A stretch of 64,000 bases of DNA from positions 64,001 to 128,000 of the forward strand of contig CAXBMO010000009.1 in the NCBI GenBank assembly GCA_963977015.1, in the 5' to 3' direction. Source of the stretch: an uncultured bacterium. Lineage in GTDB: Bacteria > Verrucomicrobiota > Verrucomicrobiia > Verrucomicrobiales > DEV007. Of this stretch, positions 10,278 to 19,225 are shown piece by piece. The notes beneath the pieces are model-generated. The model did not search any database. It worked only from the letters and a program-made list of their open reading frames with translations, and was not told the DNA's origin. Made by a program: the position numbers and the translations under genes. Every line of letters begins with the position of its first letter. The stretch's first letter is position 1.

Positions 10278-10595
10278 TCACGACCGGATCATGGTCAACA
10301 TCATCTTGAAGCGCTCGTTTGCCTGGAGCGCATGAGGAATCTGAGCCGGCAATATGAGAATCTCGCCGGCGCCCACGCTCTGCTGCTTCCCGTCGATCGA
10401 GATCGCGGCTACGCCATCAAGCACACACACCACGGCATCAAAGGGCGCTGTGTGCTCGCTCAACCCCTGGCCTTGATCGAAGGCAAAGAGCGTGATGGTT
10501 CCGGTTTTCTTGTCGATCAATGTTTTGCTTACGACTGAACCATCCTGGTATTCAACAAGGTCAGTAAGGACAGCTGGGGAATCAATTTTGGTCAT
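10278..10595 (-). CDS. Cupin domain protein
   Basis: YQDGSVVSKTL, TLFAFDQGQGLSEHTAPFDA, PAQIPHAL, FKMML; start at ATG 10595. Confidence 0.9.
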   Translation of the reverse strand: MTKIDSPAVLTDLVEYQDGSVVSKTLIDKKTGTITLFAFDQGQGLSEHTAPFDAVVCVLDGVAAISIDGKQQSVGAGEILILPAQIPHALQANERFKMMLTMIRS

Positions 10596-10622
10596 CGTTT
10601 TTTTGGGGGGGATTTCTTTGAA

Positions 10623-10718
10623 GACTGACGCTTGAAGCGTGGCAAGGCGGAGAGAAGGCGTCCAGAGCAAAGCGAACTCTCGGCATTATCCGCCGTTACC
10701 ACCACGGACTAATTCGTC
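10623..10718 (-). other. Degenerate attC-like hairpin downstream of ynfA
   Basis: Minus strand GACGAAT...GTGGTAACGGCGGA-(loop)-TCCGCCTTGCCAC...GTCAGTC: imperfect inverted repeat with a bulge, starting just after the stop codon. Confidence 0.4.
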
Positions 10719-10726
10719 CGGATTTT

Positions 10727-11047
10727 TCACCTCGGCGCCATGATGATGATCGCCGCTCCCACAAGGCAAACTGCGGTTCCGATCATGTCCCATCGATCCG
10801 GGGATACGCCTTCGACGCCTCGCATCCAAGTCAGTGAAGCCATCAAATAGATTGCGCTGTAAGCCGCATAGACGCGCCCGGCCTGCGCCGCATCGATCTT
10901 CGTGAGGGCATAGGCAAAAACAAGCAAAGCTGGAACACCCCAGACCAAAGGGGTGAGGCCTTTCTGAAGACGCAGCATCATCCAGAATGCATAGCAGCCC
11001 GCAATTTCAGCAAAAGCAGCGACGAGGAACCAAAACAGCGATTTCAT
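10727..11047 (-). CDS. ynfA: YnfA / UPF0060 family small membrane protein
   Basis: AAFAEIAGCY, GRVYAAY, WMRGVEGVSPDRWD; four TM. Confidence 0.85.
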   Translation of the reverse strand: MKSLFWFLVAAFAEIAGCYAFWMMLRLQKGLTPLVWGVPALLVFAYALTKIDAAQAGRVYAAYSAIYLMASLTWMRGVEGVSPDRWDMIGTAVCLVGAAIIIMAPR

Positions 11048-11249
11048 TCAATTCTCAGCCGAACGGTAAGGAACGATTGCAGAATTGCAGCCCATTCTTG
11101 CGTATTCAACATTCCTGCAGGCGAATTCTATAGTGCTGGATGGGGAATTTGGGAGGCTAATGCTGTTGACGAAGGGATGTCAAACCAAGGTTACGACGGT
11201 CGTGGTCGTCGAATCGCCCTTCGGAAGGAAAAAAGGCTCGGGAATTCCA

Positions 11250-11335
11250 ACGGGGCGCGCTGGCAATCAAGTAGAACTGATGGCCAATCGCCCCCCTGAG
11301 ATGAGGAAATACAGAATGGCGGCAATGTGAGTCAT
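11250..11335 (-). pseudogene. Frameshifted 5' remnant of a paralog of the 9758-10129 membrane protein
   Basis: MTHIAAILYFLI, then a shift in a G run, then IGHQFYLIASAPRW; intact copy reads MTHVAAILYLLMIGGVIVFQVCLMAGAPW. Confidence 0.8.
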
Positions 11336-11376
11336 GGACGCGCCTTTTGCTACGCTCAACCAACGGAGAGTTCAAG
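11301..11376. repeat. Direct repeat copy 2
   Basis: 69/76 identical to 10095-10170. Confidence 0.9.
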
Positions 11377-11465
11377 CTGCCAAGGCTCCACAATCCACGA
11401 CTCCGGCTGGTGGCAACTGAATCATCGCGAAGACGCCTGCCACCCCACCAACTATCGCACCATTT

Positions 11466-11610
11466 CGCAATCCCGTTGGGATTGGCAAAGCTTTTGCGCC
11501 ATCGATCAATCCCAACGGGATTGCGTATGGAAAGCCCGGGGTTGGCCCAGCGAAGCGGCCTACCCCGGGAACGCAGCCACCATTACCATCAACCACAACG
11601 TGGTTGCGTA
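11466..11610. repeat. Cluster of REP-like palindromes (REPIN/BIME-like)
   Basis: CGCAATCCCGTTGGGATTG (11466-11484) and its perfect reverse complement (11507-11525); CCCGGGGT..ACCCCGGG hairpin; variant CAACCACAACGTGGTTGCG (11590-11608). Confidence 0.75.
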
Positions 11611-11846
11611 ATCGCGAACACGGGTCCTCGCGTGGCACCGAGAGCACAGTCCCTATTGCCCAACATCTTGTATCTCCAAAAACGCCCCTTGACCAGTCCG
11701 CTTTCATCGGATTGTATGCGCCCAGGAAAGCAGATTCACCACGGTTTCACTTCGAACGATCGGCGTCCAATTCCGTTTTAAATTCGCGATCCTGTTTAGC
11801 AATTCTTCAACCGAAAAATTGCCCAATCCGAGAAAGGAATGCTCAT

Positions 11847-12662
11847 TTGAAAGTTTTTATTAGTTGGTCAGGAGATCGTAGCCGCGCAGTTGCAGAGCTT
11901 CTCGATAATTGGATTCAATGCGTACTTCAAGCTGCGACGCCTTGGATGTCTAGCAAAGACATTGACAAGGGTTCGTTATGGTTTTCAGAGGTGAGTGATG
12001 CCCTTAAAGACACTGAGATAGGGATTGTATGTCTAACCCAAGACAACAAAAGCAAACCGTGGATCTTGTTTGAGTCTGGTGCTCTGGCGAAAGGTCTCAC
12101 CAGCAACCGGGTTTGTACGCTTCTGGTCGATCTAGAAACCGCGGACGTGGGCAATCCTTTGGCTCAATTCAACCACACTTTGCCAACAAAAGAGAGTCTA
12201 TGGGAATTAGTTCGTACGTTGAACAACGCTCTCGGTGAAAAGGCACTTCGCGAGAAAGTTCTCGAAAAGGTGTTTGAAACCTATTGGCCTCAATTCGAAA
12301 CAGGATTTCAAAAGGCCTTGGACGAAAACGATCCATCCGAGCCCTCAAAGCCCAGGTCCGAGGAAAGCCTCTTAGCCGAAGTGTTAAACACCGTTCGTTC
12401 AATGCAACACCGACTTCGGAATATGGAATCCAGGTCTGATACCGCCATCAATGAAACTCACCGTCCCAAACCTGTTAGAAAGCGAATACGTGTCTCAGAA
12501 ATTCGTTCGAAGATCGATGATATGATATCTATAGAAGTTCCGGAACCGGTCATTGAAAAACTAATGGCAGCCGACGGCGTCCCTATCGAAGTAATTAGGA
12601 AACACATTAAAATGATTATGGACGAGAAAAGGACAGTCAACGTTGGCGCAGATGAGGACTAA
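11847..12662 (+). CDS. TIR-domain protein (stand-alone)
   Basis: KVFISWSG, PWMSSKDIDKG, GIVCLT, PWILFESGAL (putative catalytic Glu); TTG start at 11847 after AAAGGAA; visibly more AT-rich than flanks. Confidence 0.88.
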   Translation: MKVFISWSGDRSRAVAELLDNWIQCVLQAATPWMSSKDIDKGSLWFSEVSDALKDTEIGIVCLTQDNKSKPWILFESGALAKGLTSNRVCTLLVDLETADVGNPLAQFNHTLPTKESLWELVRTLNNALGEKALREKVLEKVFETYWPQFETGFQKALDENDPSEPSKPRSEESLLAEVLNTVRSMQHRLRNMESRSDTAINETHRPKPVRKRIRVSEIRSKIDDMISIEVPEPVIEKLMAADGVPIEVIRKHIKMIMDEKRTVNVGADED

Positions 12663-12764
12663 TCACGGAGGAACGCAGGATACATCTCTTGCCACCCATC
12701 CCGAGAAGCGTTTCTGCATCGGCAGTTCCCCCGCAGGTTCATATTACCGACTTCGTCCTGCCTG

Positions 12765-14168
12765 CTAGCCGATCAACTCGGGAATCACCTGACCTCCAAA
12801 CTGAGACAACTGCTTGTAGCGCCCGGCGTGGAAGTAGGTCAATTTGTTGTCGTCCAATCCCAGCAGGTGCAGCAGCGTGACGTGGAAGTCGCGAATGGGT
12901 CGATTCACATCCACGGCTTCGGCTCCGATCTCGTCGGTGGCCCCGACGATTCCCGGTTTGACGCCGCCACCGGCCATCAGCATCGACATGGCGTCCGCGT
13001 TGTGACCGCGGCCCAGGGAGTAGACGCCACCACGCTTGTTGTTGTCGGGCGTCCGGCCAAATTCTCCGGTCCAGATGACGAGAGTGTCTTCCAACATTCC
13101 ACGTTGTTTCAGGTCTTTGATGAGGGCGGCCATCGGTCGGTCGACGCTCCGGATCCGGGAGCTGTGTCCGCGTTCGAGATAATCGTGACTATCCCATCCA
13201 CCTGAGAAAATCTGCACGAACCGGACGCCTTTCTCCACCATGCGCCGGGCCATGAGACACTGCTTCCCAAACGTTGCGGTCGCCTTGTCGTTCATGCCAT
13301 ACATTTCCCGAATATGCTCGGGCTCGCCCTTGAGATCCATGACCTCGGGAACCTCCATTTGCATGCGGTAGGCCAGCTCGTAGGAATCCATTCGGGCGGC
13401 CAGCTCCTCGTGCTGCGGATTTTTGGCAGCGTGTTGCTCGTTGAGAAACGCAAGGGCGTCGAGGGCTTTGCGCTGATGCTCGCGCGTCTTGTAGGGTTGC
13501 GATTTGAGATCCAGAATCGGTGATCCCGTAGGGCGCAACCGCGTGCCCTGATAGAACGCGGGGAGAAACCCGTTGGACCAGTTGCGAGATCCGCCCTGCG
13601 GCAATGCGAGTTCCGTCATCACGACGTAACCGGGCAGGTTTTGATTGACGCTGCCGAGGCCGTAGGTCGCCCAAGCGCCTAACGCTGGATCTGCGCCAAG
13701 ACGGCTGCCGGTGTTCATGTGAAAGAGCGCCTCCGGATGATTGAGCGACTCGGCCTGGCAACCACGATAGTTGCAGAGTTCATCAGCGACCTCGGGGTCC
13801 CGAAGGTACTTCCACTGATCACACATCTCGATTCCGTTCTGGCCCACCTTGTCGAAGCCAAAGGGACTTCCGACATAGAACTTGAACCCGTTGGCGAGAC
13901 TCCTCGTGCTTTTCGACTCGGTCTTGTGCAACTCGGTCAGTTTCGGCTTCGGATCAAAGGTATCCACATGACTGGGACCACCTTCCATGAAGAGCATGAT
14001 GACGTTCTTGGCCTTGGCCGGGAGCATGGGATCGCGGGGAGCCAGGGGAGCTTCCTTGGCAAGAAGATCCGACATGGCAACCGATCCCAACGACGCACCG
14101 AGCCCGTAGAGGAATTCACGCCGGCTGGCGGAGGTTGAAAGTGGACGAGAGCAAAGATTGGAGGTCAT
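12765..14168 (-). CDS. DUF1501 family protein with Tat signal
   Basis: SRREFL Tat motif, AKNVIMLFMEGGPSHVDTFDPKP, GWDSH, GEFGRTP; start at ATG 14168. Confidence 0.9.
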   Translation of the reverse strand: MTSNLCSRPLSTSASRREFLYGLGASLGSVAMSDLLAKEAPLAPRDPMLPAKAKNVIMLFMEGGPSHVDTFDPKPKLTELHKTESKSTRSLANGFKFYVGSPFGFDKVGQNGIEMCDQWKYLRDPEVADELCNYRGCQAESLNHPEALFHMNTGSRLGADPALGAWATYGLGSVNQNLPGYVVMTELALPQGGSRNWSNGFLPAFYQGTRLRPTGSPILDLKSQPYKTREHQRKALDALAFLNEQHAAKNPQHEELAARMDSYELAYRMQMEVPEVMDLKGEPEHIREMYGMNDKATATFGKQCLMARRMVEKGVRFVQIFSGGWDSHDYLERGHSSRIRSVDRPMAALIKDLKQRGMLEDTLVIWTGEFGRTPDNNKRGGVYSLGRGHNADAMSMLMAGGGVKPGIVGATDEIGAEAVDVNRPIRDFHVTLLHLLGLDDNKLTYFHAGRYKQLSQFGGQVIPELIG

Positions 14169-14169
14169 T

Positions 14170-17025
14170 TTAGTAGAGGAAGATGAATTCGTTGCTGTTG
14201 AAGAGAAGGAGACAGAGGTCGGCAAGGGCCCGGGTTTCGGGGCTGACGTCGGCGGCCTGTTGGTCGGGCTCGTAGTTCTCAAACACCGGGAGGATTTCCT
14301 GGTATTCGAAGGGTTCCCCGGTGAACTCCTCGACCAGCGAGCGGGTGATTTGCGTAGGGTAGTCTTTCGGCTCCGGATGGGTATTCTTGTGGTATTCCTG
14401 CATTTGCCGAACGTAGGAAACCAGCTTGTTGTGCTCCGCCGAGGGTGGCGTTCTGCCGAAGGCCAACTCGATAGCCCGATTCACCTGTTCCTCCAACGTC
14501 GTTGCTTCCCGTTCGACCCGGAGAGCAAACGCGATGGAGCGCGCGGTCGTGACGTCGCTGTTCAACAAGGTGAACGCCTGAGGAGAAACGGAGGCGGAAT
14601 CCCGGTCCTCACAGGAATCGTTGGGGTTGGGCTGATTAAAGGTCTCCAGAAACGGATTGGCCAACCCACGAACACGATACGCGTAGATACTGCGCCGGTT
14701 CCGCTCTTCCGGGGTTGGTGAAGGTTGATAGGCGGGAGCGAGCGAAAACTGAATCATGCGCGGTTGAAGGGCCACTTCCAGATTCATCTCCGGCATCGCC
14801 GGCAACCCGCCCGGCTTGGGGTTGAGTTCTCCGGTGATCTTCAGCATGCCGTCGCGAATCTCTTCGGCAGAGAGGCGTCGTGAAGGGAAATAGGCAAAGA
14901 GATCGTTGTTGGGGTCGGCGTTGCTGAGTTCCTCCAGATTCGAGTGATGACCGGCCTGCTGATACGCGGTTGACGTCATGATGAGGCGATGGAGGCGCTT
15001 GATCTTCCAACCGTTTTCGACAAAATCAGCCGCGAGCCAATCCAGCAATTCCGGATGGGTCGGCTTGGCGCCTTTCACCCCGAAGTTGTTCGGGTTCCCC
15101 GCAATCGCCTTCCCAAAGTGATATTGCCAAACGCGGTTGACGAAGGAACGCGAAGTCAGCGGATTTCGCGAATCGGCAATCCACTTGGCAACGGCGAGGC
15201 GCCGTCCCTCAAGCTCGTCCGTCACCTGGAAGGGATCCTCAGACGCCTCCTGAACCGGGACGCCAAGCGCGCTCAACACTCCGGGCGTCACCTTCTCCCC
15301 CGGAGCTTCCAACGCCCCACCGGTCAGGATGTGGCTATCGGGCCGCCATTTGTTGTTCGCCCGCGCATCCATCCGCAACTTGCGCGCATTGAGAAACTTG
15401 GGATCCGGTCCATTGTAAACCGTCTGCACCATCGGTTGATAGCGCTCAAGGCGGCGCGTCCAAATCCAGACGTCCTGCTCTCGCACCTTGAGTTTCCCCT
15501 GCTCTTCCGGGCTCAACCCGACATGACGGGGCGGCTTGGTTTCATCGGGAAGATTCTTCCGCTTGTCGTGGCTCACATACTCCAGTCCCCGTTCCTCATA
15601 CCAGGCCCGCGCCGCGTTCTCACGTTTGGTGGTCAGTTCATTCAAGCGCCCTTTCGCGAACGCCAACAAATGCCTGGTCATCTCAAGACCGTCCTCAAAT
15701 CCCTCCAGCGTCTCTTCATCGACGAACGGAGCCGGACGTTCCGAAAGCTGAGTGCCGGCAAAGGCTGAATACATGCGATAGTAATCGCGCGTCGGCAGCG
15801 GATCGAACTTGTGGTCGTGGCACTTGAAACACCGCATCGTGGTTGAGAGAAAAGTCTGCCCCACGGCATTCACCACATCGTCCAGATAGAGCTGCCGGGC
15901 TTCCGGCTGTTTCACCATCGCCGGATCCCAAGGCCCCATTCGCAAAAACGAACTCGCGATCAACCACTCGCTCTCCTCATCGTTGTATTCTCCCTTGGTT
16001 CGGGCTTTCTGATACTGGTTCCAATCCTTGATTCGACCGCGCAACGACGCATCGGCCAACTCGTCACCGGCAATCTGCTCAATCACAAATTCATCGTAGG
16101 ATTTGTCCTCGTTCAATGCGCGGATGACATAGTCCCGATAGCGCCAGGCGTTCGATCGCTCGTAGTCGTTGGAATAACCACCAGTGTCAGCATAGCGCGC
16201 CACGTCCAACCAGTGTTGCGCCCAGCGTTCGCCATAGTGCGGACTCGCGAGGAGGCGATCGATCAGTTCACTCCAGGCTTGATCCGGGTTCTTCGCAAAC
16301 GCATCGCCAAACTGTTGAATCTCCTCGGGCGACGGCGGCAGCCCGGTGAGATCGAATGTCGCCCGCCGAATCAGCGTTCGAAAATCAGCCCGTTCGGCTG
16401 GCCGGAAACCCGCTTGATCCAACGTTTCACCGATCAAGACATCGATCGGGTTTCGCCCGTTCGATTGCGGGACCGCAGGCTTCTCAACCGCTTGAAAGGC
16501 CCAGATATCTTCCGGTTGATACCGGCGATAGGTCCACTCATCGCCCAGTCCGCCGGAGGTCGAAACAATCACGCCGTCTTCGGTCACTTCCTGGCGCGAG
16601 TCCGCCAGAATCACGGCGGTTTGGGTCTCTTCGCTCGGCCAGGGCGCGCCAGCGTTGATCCAGGTTTCGACCATCGCGATTTGTTCGCTGGTTAGTCGAT
16701 CGTTCTCTTTGGGGGGCATCTCGTATTCCGGATCCTCCCACTTGATCATTTCAACCAGGAGACTTTTTTGTGCATCACCTGGGACGACGACTTCGGCCCC
16801 AAACGTCTCGCCCCCCGCCAGAAGCAGGTCGCGGCTCAACATACTATATTCGCCCTTGATATCGTCCGGGTCATCACCATGACAGCCATTGCATTTCTCG
16901 GCCAGCAACGGTTTGATCTTCAGGGTAAACAGTTGGTCGATTTCGCTGAACTTCGAAGATTCAGCCTGGGCCGACAGCGCGACCATCGCAAAAACGGAAA
17001 CAAAATAGTGGGGTTTCATCATCAT
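14170..17025 (-). CDS. Planctomycete cytochrome c + DUF1549 + DUF1553 (PSD1) protein
   Basis: Signal peptide; CNGCH and CFKCHDH motifs; RRATFDLTGLPP, YGERWAQHWLDVARYAD, PTHPELLDWLA, RRLSAEEIRD. Confidence 0.92.
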   Translation of the reverse strand: MMMKPHYFVSVFAMVALSAQAESSKFSEIDQLFTLKIKPLLAEKCNGCHGDDPDDIKGEYSMLSRDLLLAGGETFGAEVVVPGDAQKSLLVEMIKWEDPEYEMPPKENDRLTSEQIAMVETWINAGAPWPSEETQTAVILADSRQEVTEDGVIVSTSGGLGDEWTYRRYQPEDIWAFQAVEKPAVPQSNGRNPIDVLIGETLDQAGFRPAERADFRTLIRRATFDLTGLPPSPEEIQQFGDAFAKNPDQAWSELIDRLLASPHYGERWAQHWLDVARYADTGGYSNDYERSNAWRYRDYVIRALNEDKSYDEFVIEQIAGDELADASLRGRIKDWNQYQKARTKGEYNDEESEWLIASSFLRMGPWDPAMVKQPEARQLYLDDVVNAVGQTFLSTTMRCFKCHDHKFDPLPTRDYYRMYSAFAGTQLSERPAPFVDEETLEGFEDGLEMTRHLLAFAKGRLNELTTKRENAARAWYEERGLEYVSHDKRKNLPDETKPPRHVGLSPEEQGKLKVREQDVWIWTRRLERYQPMVQTVYNGPDPKFLNARKLRMDARANNKWRPDSHILTGGALEAPGEKVTPGVLSALGVPVQEASEDPFQVTDELEGRRLAVAKWIADSRNPLTSRSFVNRVWQYHFGKAIAGNPNNFGVKGAKPTHPELLDWLAADFVENGWKIKRLHRLIMTSTAYQQAGHHSNLEELSNADPNNDLFAYFPSRRLSAEEIRDGMLKITGELNPKPGGLPAMPEMNLEVALQPRMIQFSLAPAYQPSPTPEERNRRSIYAYRVRGLANPFLETFNQPNPNDSCEDRDSASVSPQAFTLLNSDVTTARSIAFALRVEREATTLEEQVNRAIELAFGRTPPSAEHNKLVSYVRQMQEYHKNTHPEPKDYPTQITRSLVEEFTGEPFEYQEILPVFENYEPDQQAADVSPETRALADLCLLLFNSNEFIFLY

Positions 17026-17027
17026 AG

Positions 17028-18593
17028 TCAGGGTCTGCCTTTGAGATACAGTTCGTTGATTTCTTCGGCGGTCAGCGCCTCCGCGAATATCGCGAATTCA
17101 TCAATGGCTCCATTCAGGTTGCGAACCGCAAAGTGGGGATCCTGCCGCATGGGTTCACTCCAGTTGCCGATCGAAGCGGCTCCGATTCTCACCTTTTTGA
17201 CGACCAACTCTTTGGGAAGCTTGTCCCGGCTAATCTGCTCACCATTGAGGTAATGGGTCGTCGTCCCGGCATCGCCATCATAGACCGTCGCAATCTGCAT
17301 CCATTGGCCGCTCAAGGCCGGCGTCCAAATCGGAGGAGAATAGGCGATGTGCTTGTCTTTGCGTCCCTTGCCCCCTTCCTGTTTTTTAACGGAGAAGAAA
17401 AGCCGCCCGTCATCCATGATCTGCCAGTGCGGCTCCTGCAACTCATGTCCGTCCGTCAAAAAGAGCGAGTTGTACCAACGGTCGAGGCTGTCAATCCGCG
17501 CCCAGCAATAGAACGTCAACGCACCATGCTCACCAGGAACGGTCAATCGAACCCGGCTTCCGGTCGGGCTGAAATCCAGCGCCGTGTTGGGAGCTTCCCA
17601 ACGGCTTTCAGAGGTTTTCGCCCTCACAATCACCCCATCATTCTGTGAAGCGGATTTGTCGGCAAGCTTCCGCGACGTCTCCTGACCGGGCTCCACCGTG
17701 AAATAGGCCAGCAATCGGGAATCGCGCTGCAATTCCTTGCGATGCTGCTCCCATCGCTCGCGGCGCAACCCTCGTTCCGTCTGCATTTCGGTAATCCCCG
17801 GAAAATTCGCCAACTCCACCGCGGCCTCATCGCGCTCTCCACTCGCCGTCCAACGCAACGAATCACCATCGATGAGATGACTGACTGAATCGGCGTTCGA
17901 ATGCCATTCGATTTCACCATCGAGAACGTGCACATCCGCATGCTGCGGCGTCACGTCGATCGCAAATTCAGTTCCCAGGTCAACAACGTCTCCCTTGCTG
18001 GTTTTGACGCGAAAGCCCTTGGCCGGCTCTGGAACGATGGCCCGCAACTTGCCGGAATTAACCGACATCTCCATCGCGGAATGAACCTCAAACTCAGCAT
18101 CCCCTTCAAGAATCACCGTCACACCGCTGAACAACTCCAACTGCGCCATCCCCGATTTCAGCTTCACGATTCCCTGGGGAAGGAGATCCCCGCGTCGCAA
18201 CTTCTGATCTTCCCAAACCGCATCGGATTGCTCTGCCAAGACGCCAAACCCGATTGCCGCTGGCTCTTGGGCAACCACTTCACCCGCGTGACCACCGCGA
18301 CCAAGCTGCCAGCCCAATCCGCCGGCGACCCAAATCAAAATCGCCGCAGCAATCCCCGCAATCCAGGGGAGTTGCCTTCGGAAATTGACGAACCGAATGA
18401 TGCTCGACTCAGGAACCGGGTTTTGATCGACACTTTCGAGCTGCAACGCCGTGTGCAATTTCAGCCGCTCGTAATAGAGCTTGCGAGCCTCGGGGTTCAC
18501 ATGCAATTCCGCCTCCAACCTGAGAAAGTCGGCTTCGGAGCAAACCCCATCGAGCAGCTCGTCGATCAATTGAATCAATTCCGCCGTGCTCAT
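17028..18593 (-). CDS. Anti-sigma factor-like protein: N-terminal helical domain, one TM, FecR domain, LamG/concanavalin-like domain
   Basis: TM WIAGIAAAILIWVAG; FecR-like GFRVKT..VVDLGTEF..VHVLDGEI; LamG-like WMQIATVYDG..YLNG..IGNW..GAIDEFAIF; start at 18593 overlaps sigma stop. Confidence 0.85.
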   Translation of the reverse strand: MSTAELIQLIDELLDGVCSEADFLRLEAELHVNPEARKLYYERLKLHTALQLESVDQNPVPESSIIRFVNFRRQLPWIAGIAAAILIWVAGGLGWQLGRGGHAGEVVAQEPAAIGFGVLAEQSDAVWEDQKLRRGDLLPQGIVKLKSGMAQLELFSGVTVILEGDAEFEVHSAMEMSVNSGKLRAIVPEPAKGFRVKTSKGDVVDLGTEFAIDVTPQHADVHVLDGEIEWHSNADSVSHLIDGDSLRWTASGERDEAAVELANFPGITEMQTERGLRRERWEQHRKELQRDSRLLAYFTVEPGQETSRKLADKSASQNDGVIVRAKTSESRWEAPNTALDFSPTGSRVRLTVPGEHGALTFYCWARIDSLDRWYNSLFLTDGHELQEPHWQIMDDGRLFFSVKKQEGGKGRKDKHIAYSPPIWTPALSGQWMQIATVYDGDAGTTTHYLNGEQISRDKLPKELVVKKVRIGAASIGNWSEPMRQDPHFAVRNLNGAIDEFAIFAEALTAEEINELYLKGRP

Positions 18594-19132
18594 GCTCCGA
18601 TCCTCCTCACTTGAAGTTTTTGCTCGATGCACGTTTGCAGCCGGTTTCGAAGCCGGTGCAGGGTCACCTTCAGCCCGCCAACACTTCTTCCAATCTCGTT
18701 CGCATATTCCTGGAGCGGCGTGTCTTTGAAGTAGCGCGTTAAAATCAACTCCCGCTCACCGGATTTCAATCCCTCCAGGCAACCCCGCAGCGCCAATTGG
18801 CGTTCGGCAAGATCATCCGCCTGCGCGGGCAACTCTTCCGCGATCATGTCTTCCAGTTCTTCGCTGAACACCAGCCGACGAGCGTCTTTGGCCTGACGTT
18901 TCCGAAAGTTGAGCACTTCGAATCGTGCGATGCTGAAAATCCACGCTTTGAAATTCGTCCCGAGTTCAAAATCGGCGCGCTTTCGCCAAATCGTCGAATT
19001 GGCCTGCTGCGCGACATCCGCTGCGGCGGTATCTCCCGGCAAAAGCGAAACCACGTAGAGCCTTAGCGCCGCCTGATGCTCGGTCAGCAAGGCCACAAAC
19101 TCGGAATCTTGGTCTGTCTCGGGATTTTCCAT
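18590..19132 (-). CDS. ECF sigma-70 factor (Rhodopirellula/Verrucomicrobium type)
   Basis: FVALLTEHQ, DVAQQAN, NFKAWIFSIARFEV, region 4 LKVTLHRLRNRL; start at ATG 19132. Confidence 0.9.
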   Translation of the reverse strand: MENPETDQDSEFVALLTEHQAALRLYVVSLLPGDTAAADVAQQANSTIWRKRADFELGTNFKAWIFSIARFEVLNFRKRQAKDARRLVFSEELEDMIAEELPAQADDLAERQLALRGCLEGLKSGERELILTRYFKDTPLQEYANEIGRSVGGLKVTLHRLRNRLQTCIEQKLQVRRIGA

Positions 19133-19225
19133 CAGTAAACTCAACCGCAAATGCCGGTTTCGAGTCAAAGGTTAACAAGATTCTGGAAAAAGATCTCCGA
19201 GCCGGTTTCGGCTTTTGAAACGCAC

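Noticed and set aside
11466..11610. Possible mini-CRISPR array
   Set aside because: Units are inverted relative to each other, irregularly spaced and only three; no cas genes in the window
11604..11846. 81-aa N-terminal extension of the TIR ORF
   Set aside because: Starts in repeat-containing DNA; TIR similarity and an RBS point to TTG 11847
11847..12662. Thoeris or CBASS system
   Set aside because: No ThsA (SIR2/Macro), cyclase or other partner is adjacent; only a solo TIR can be supported
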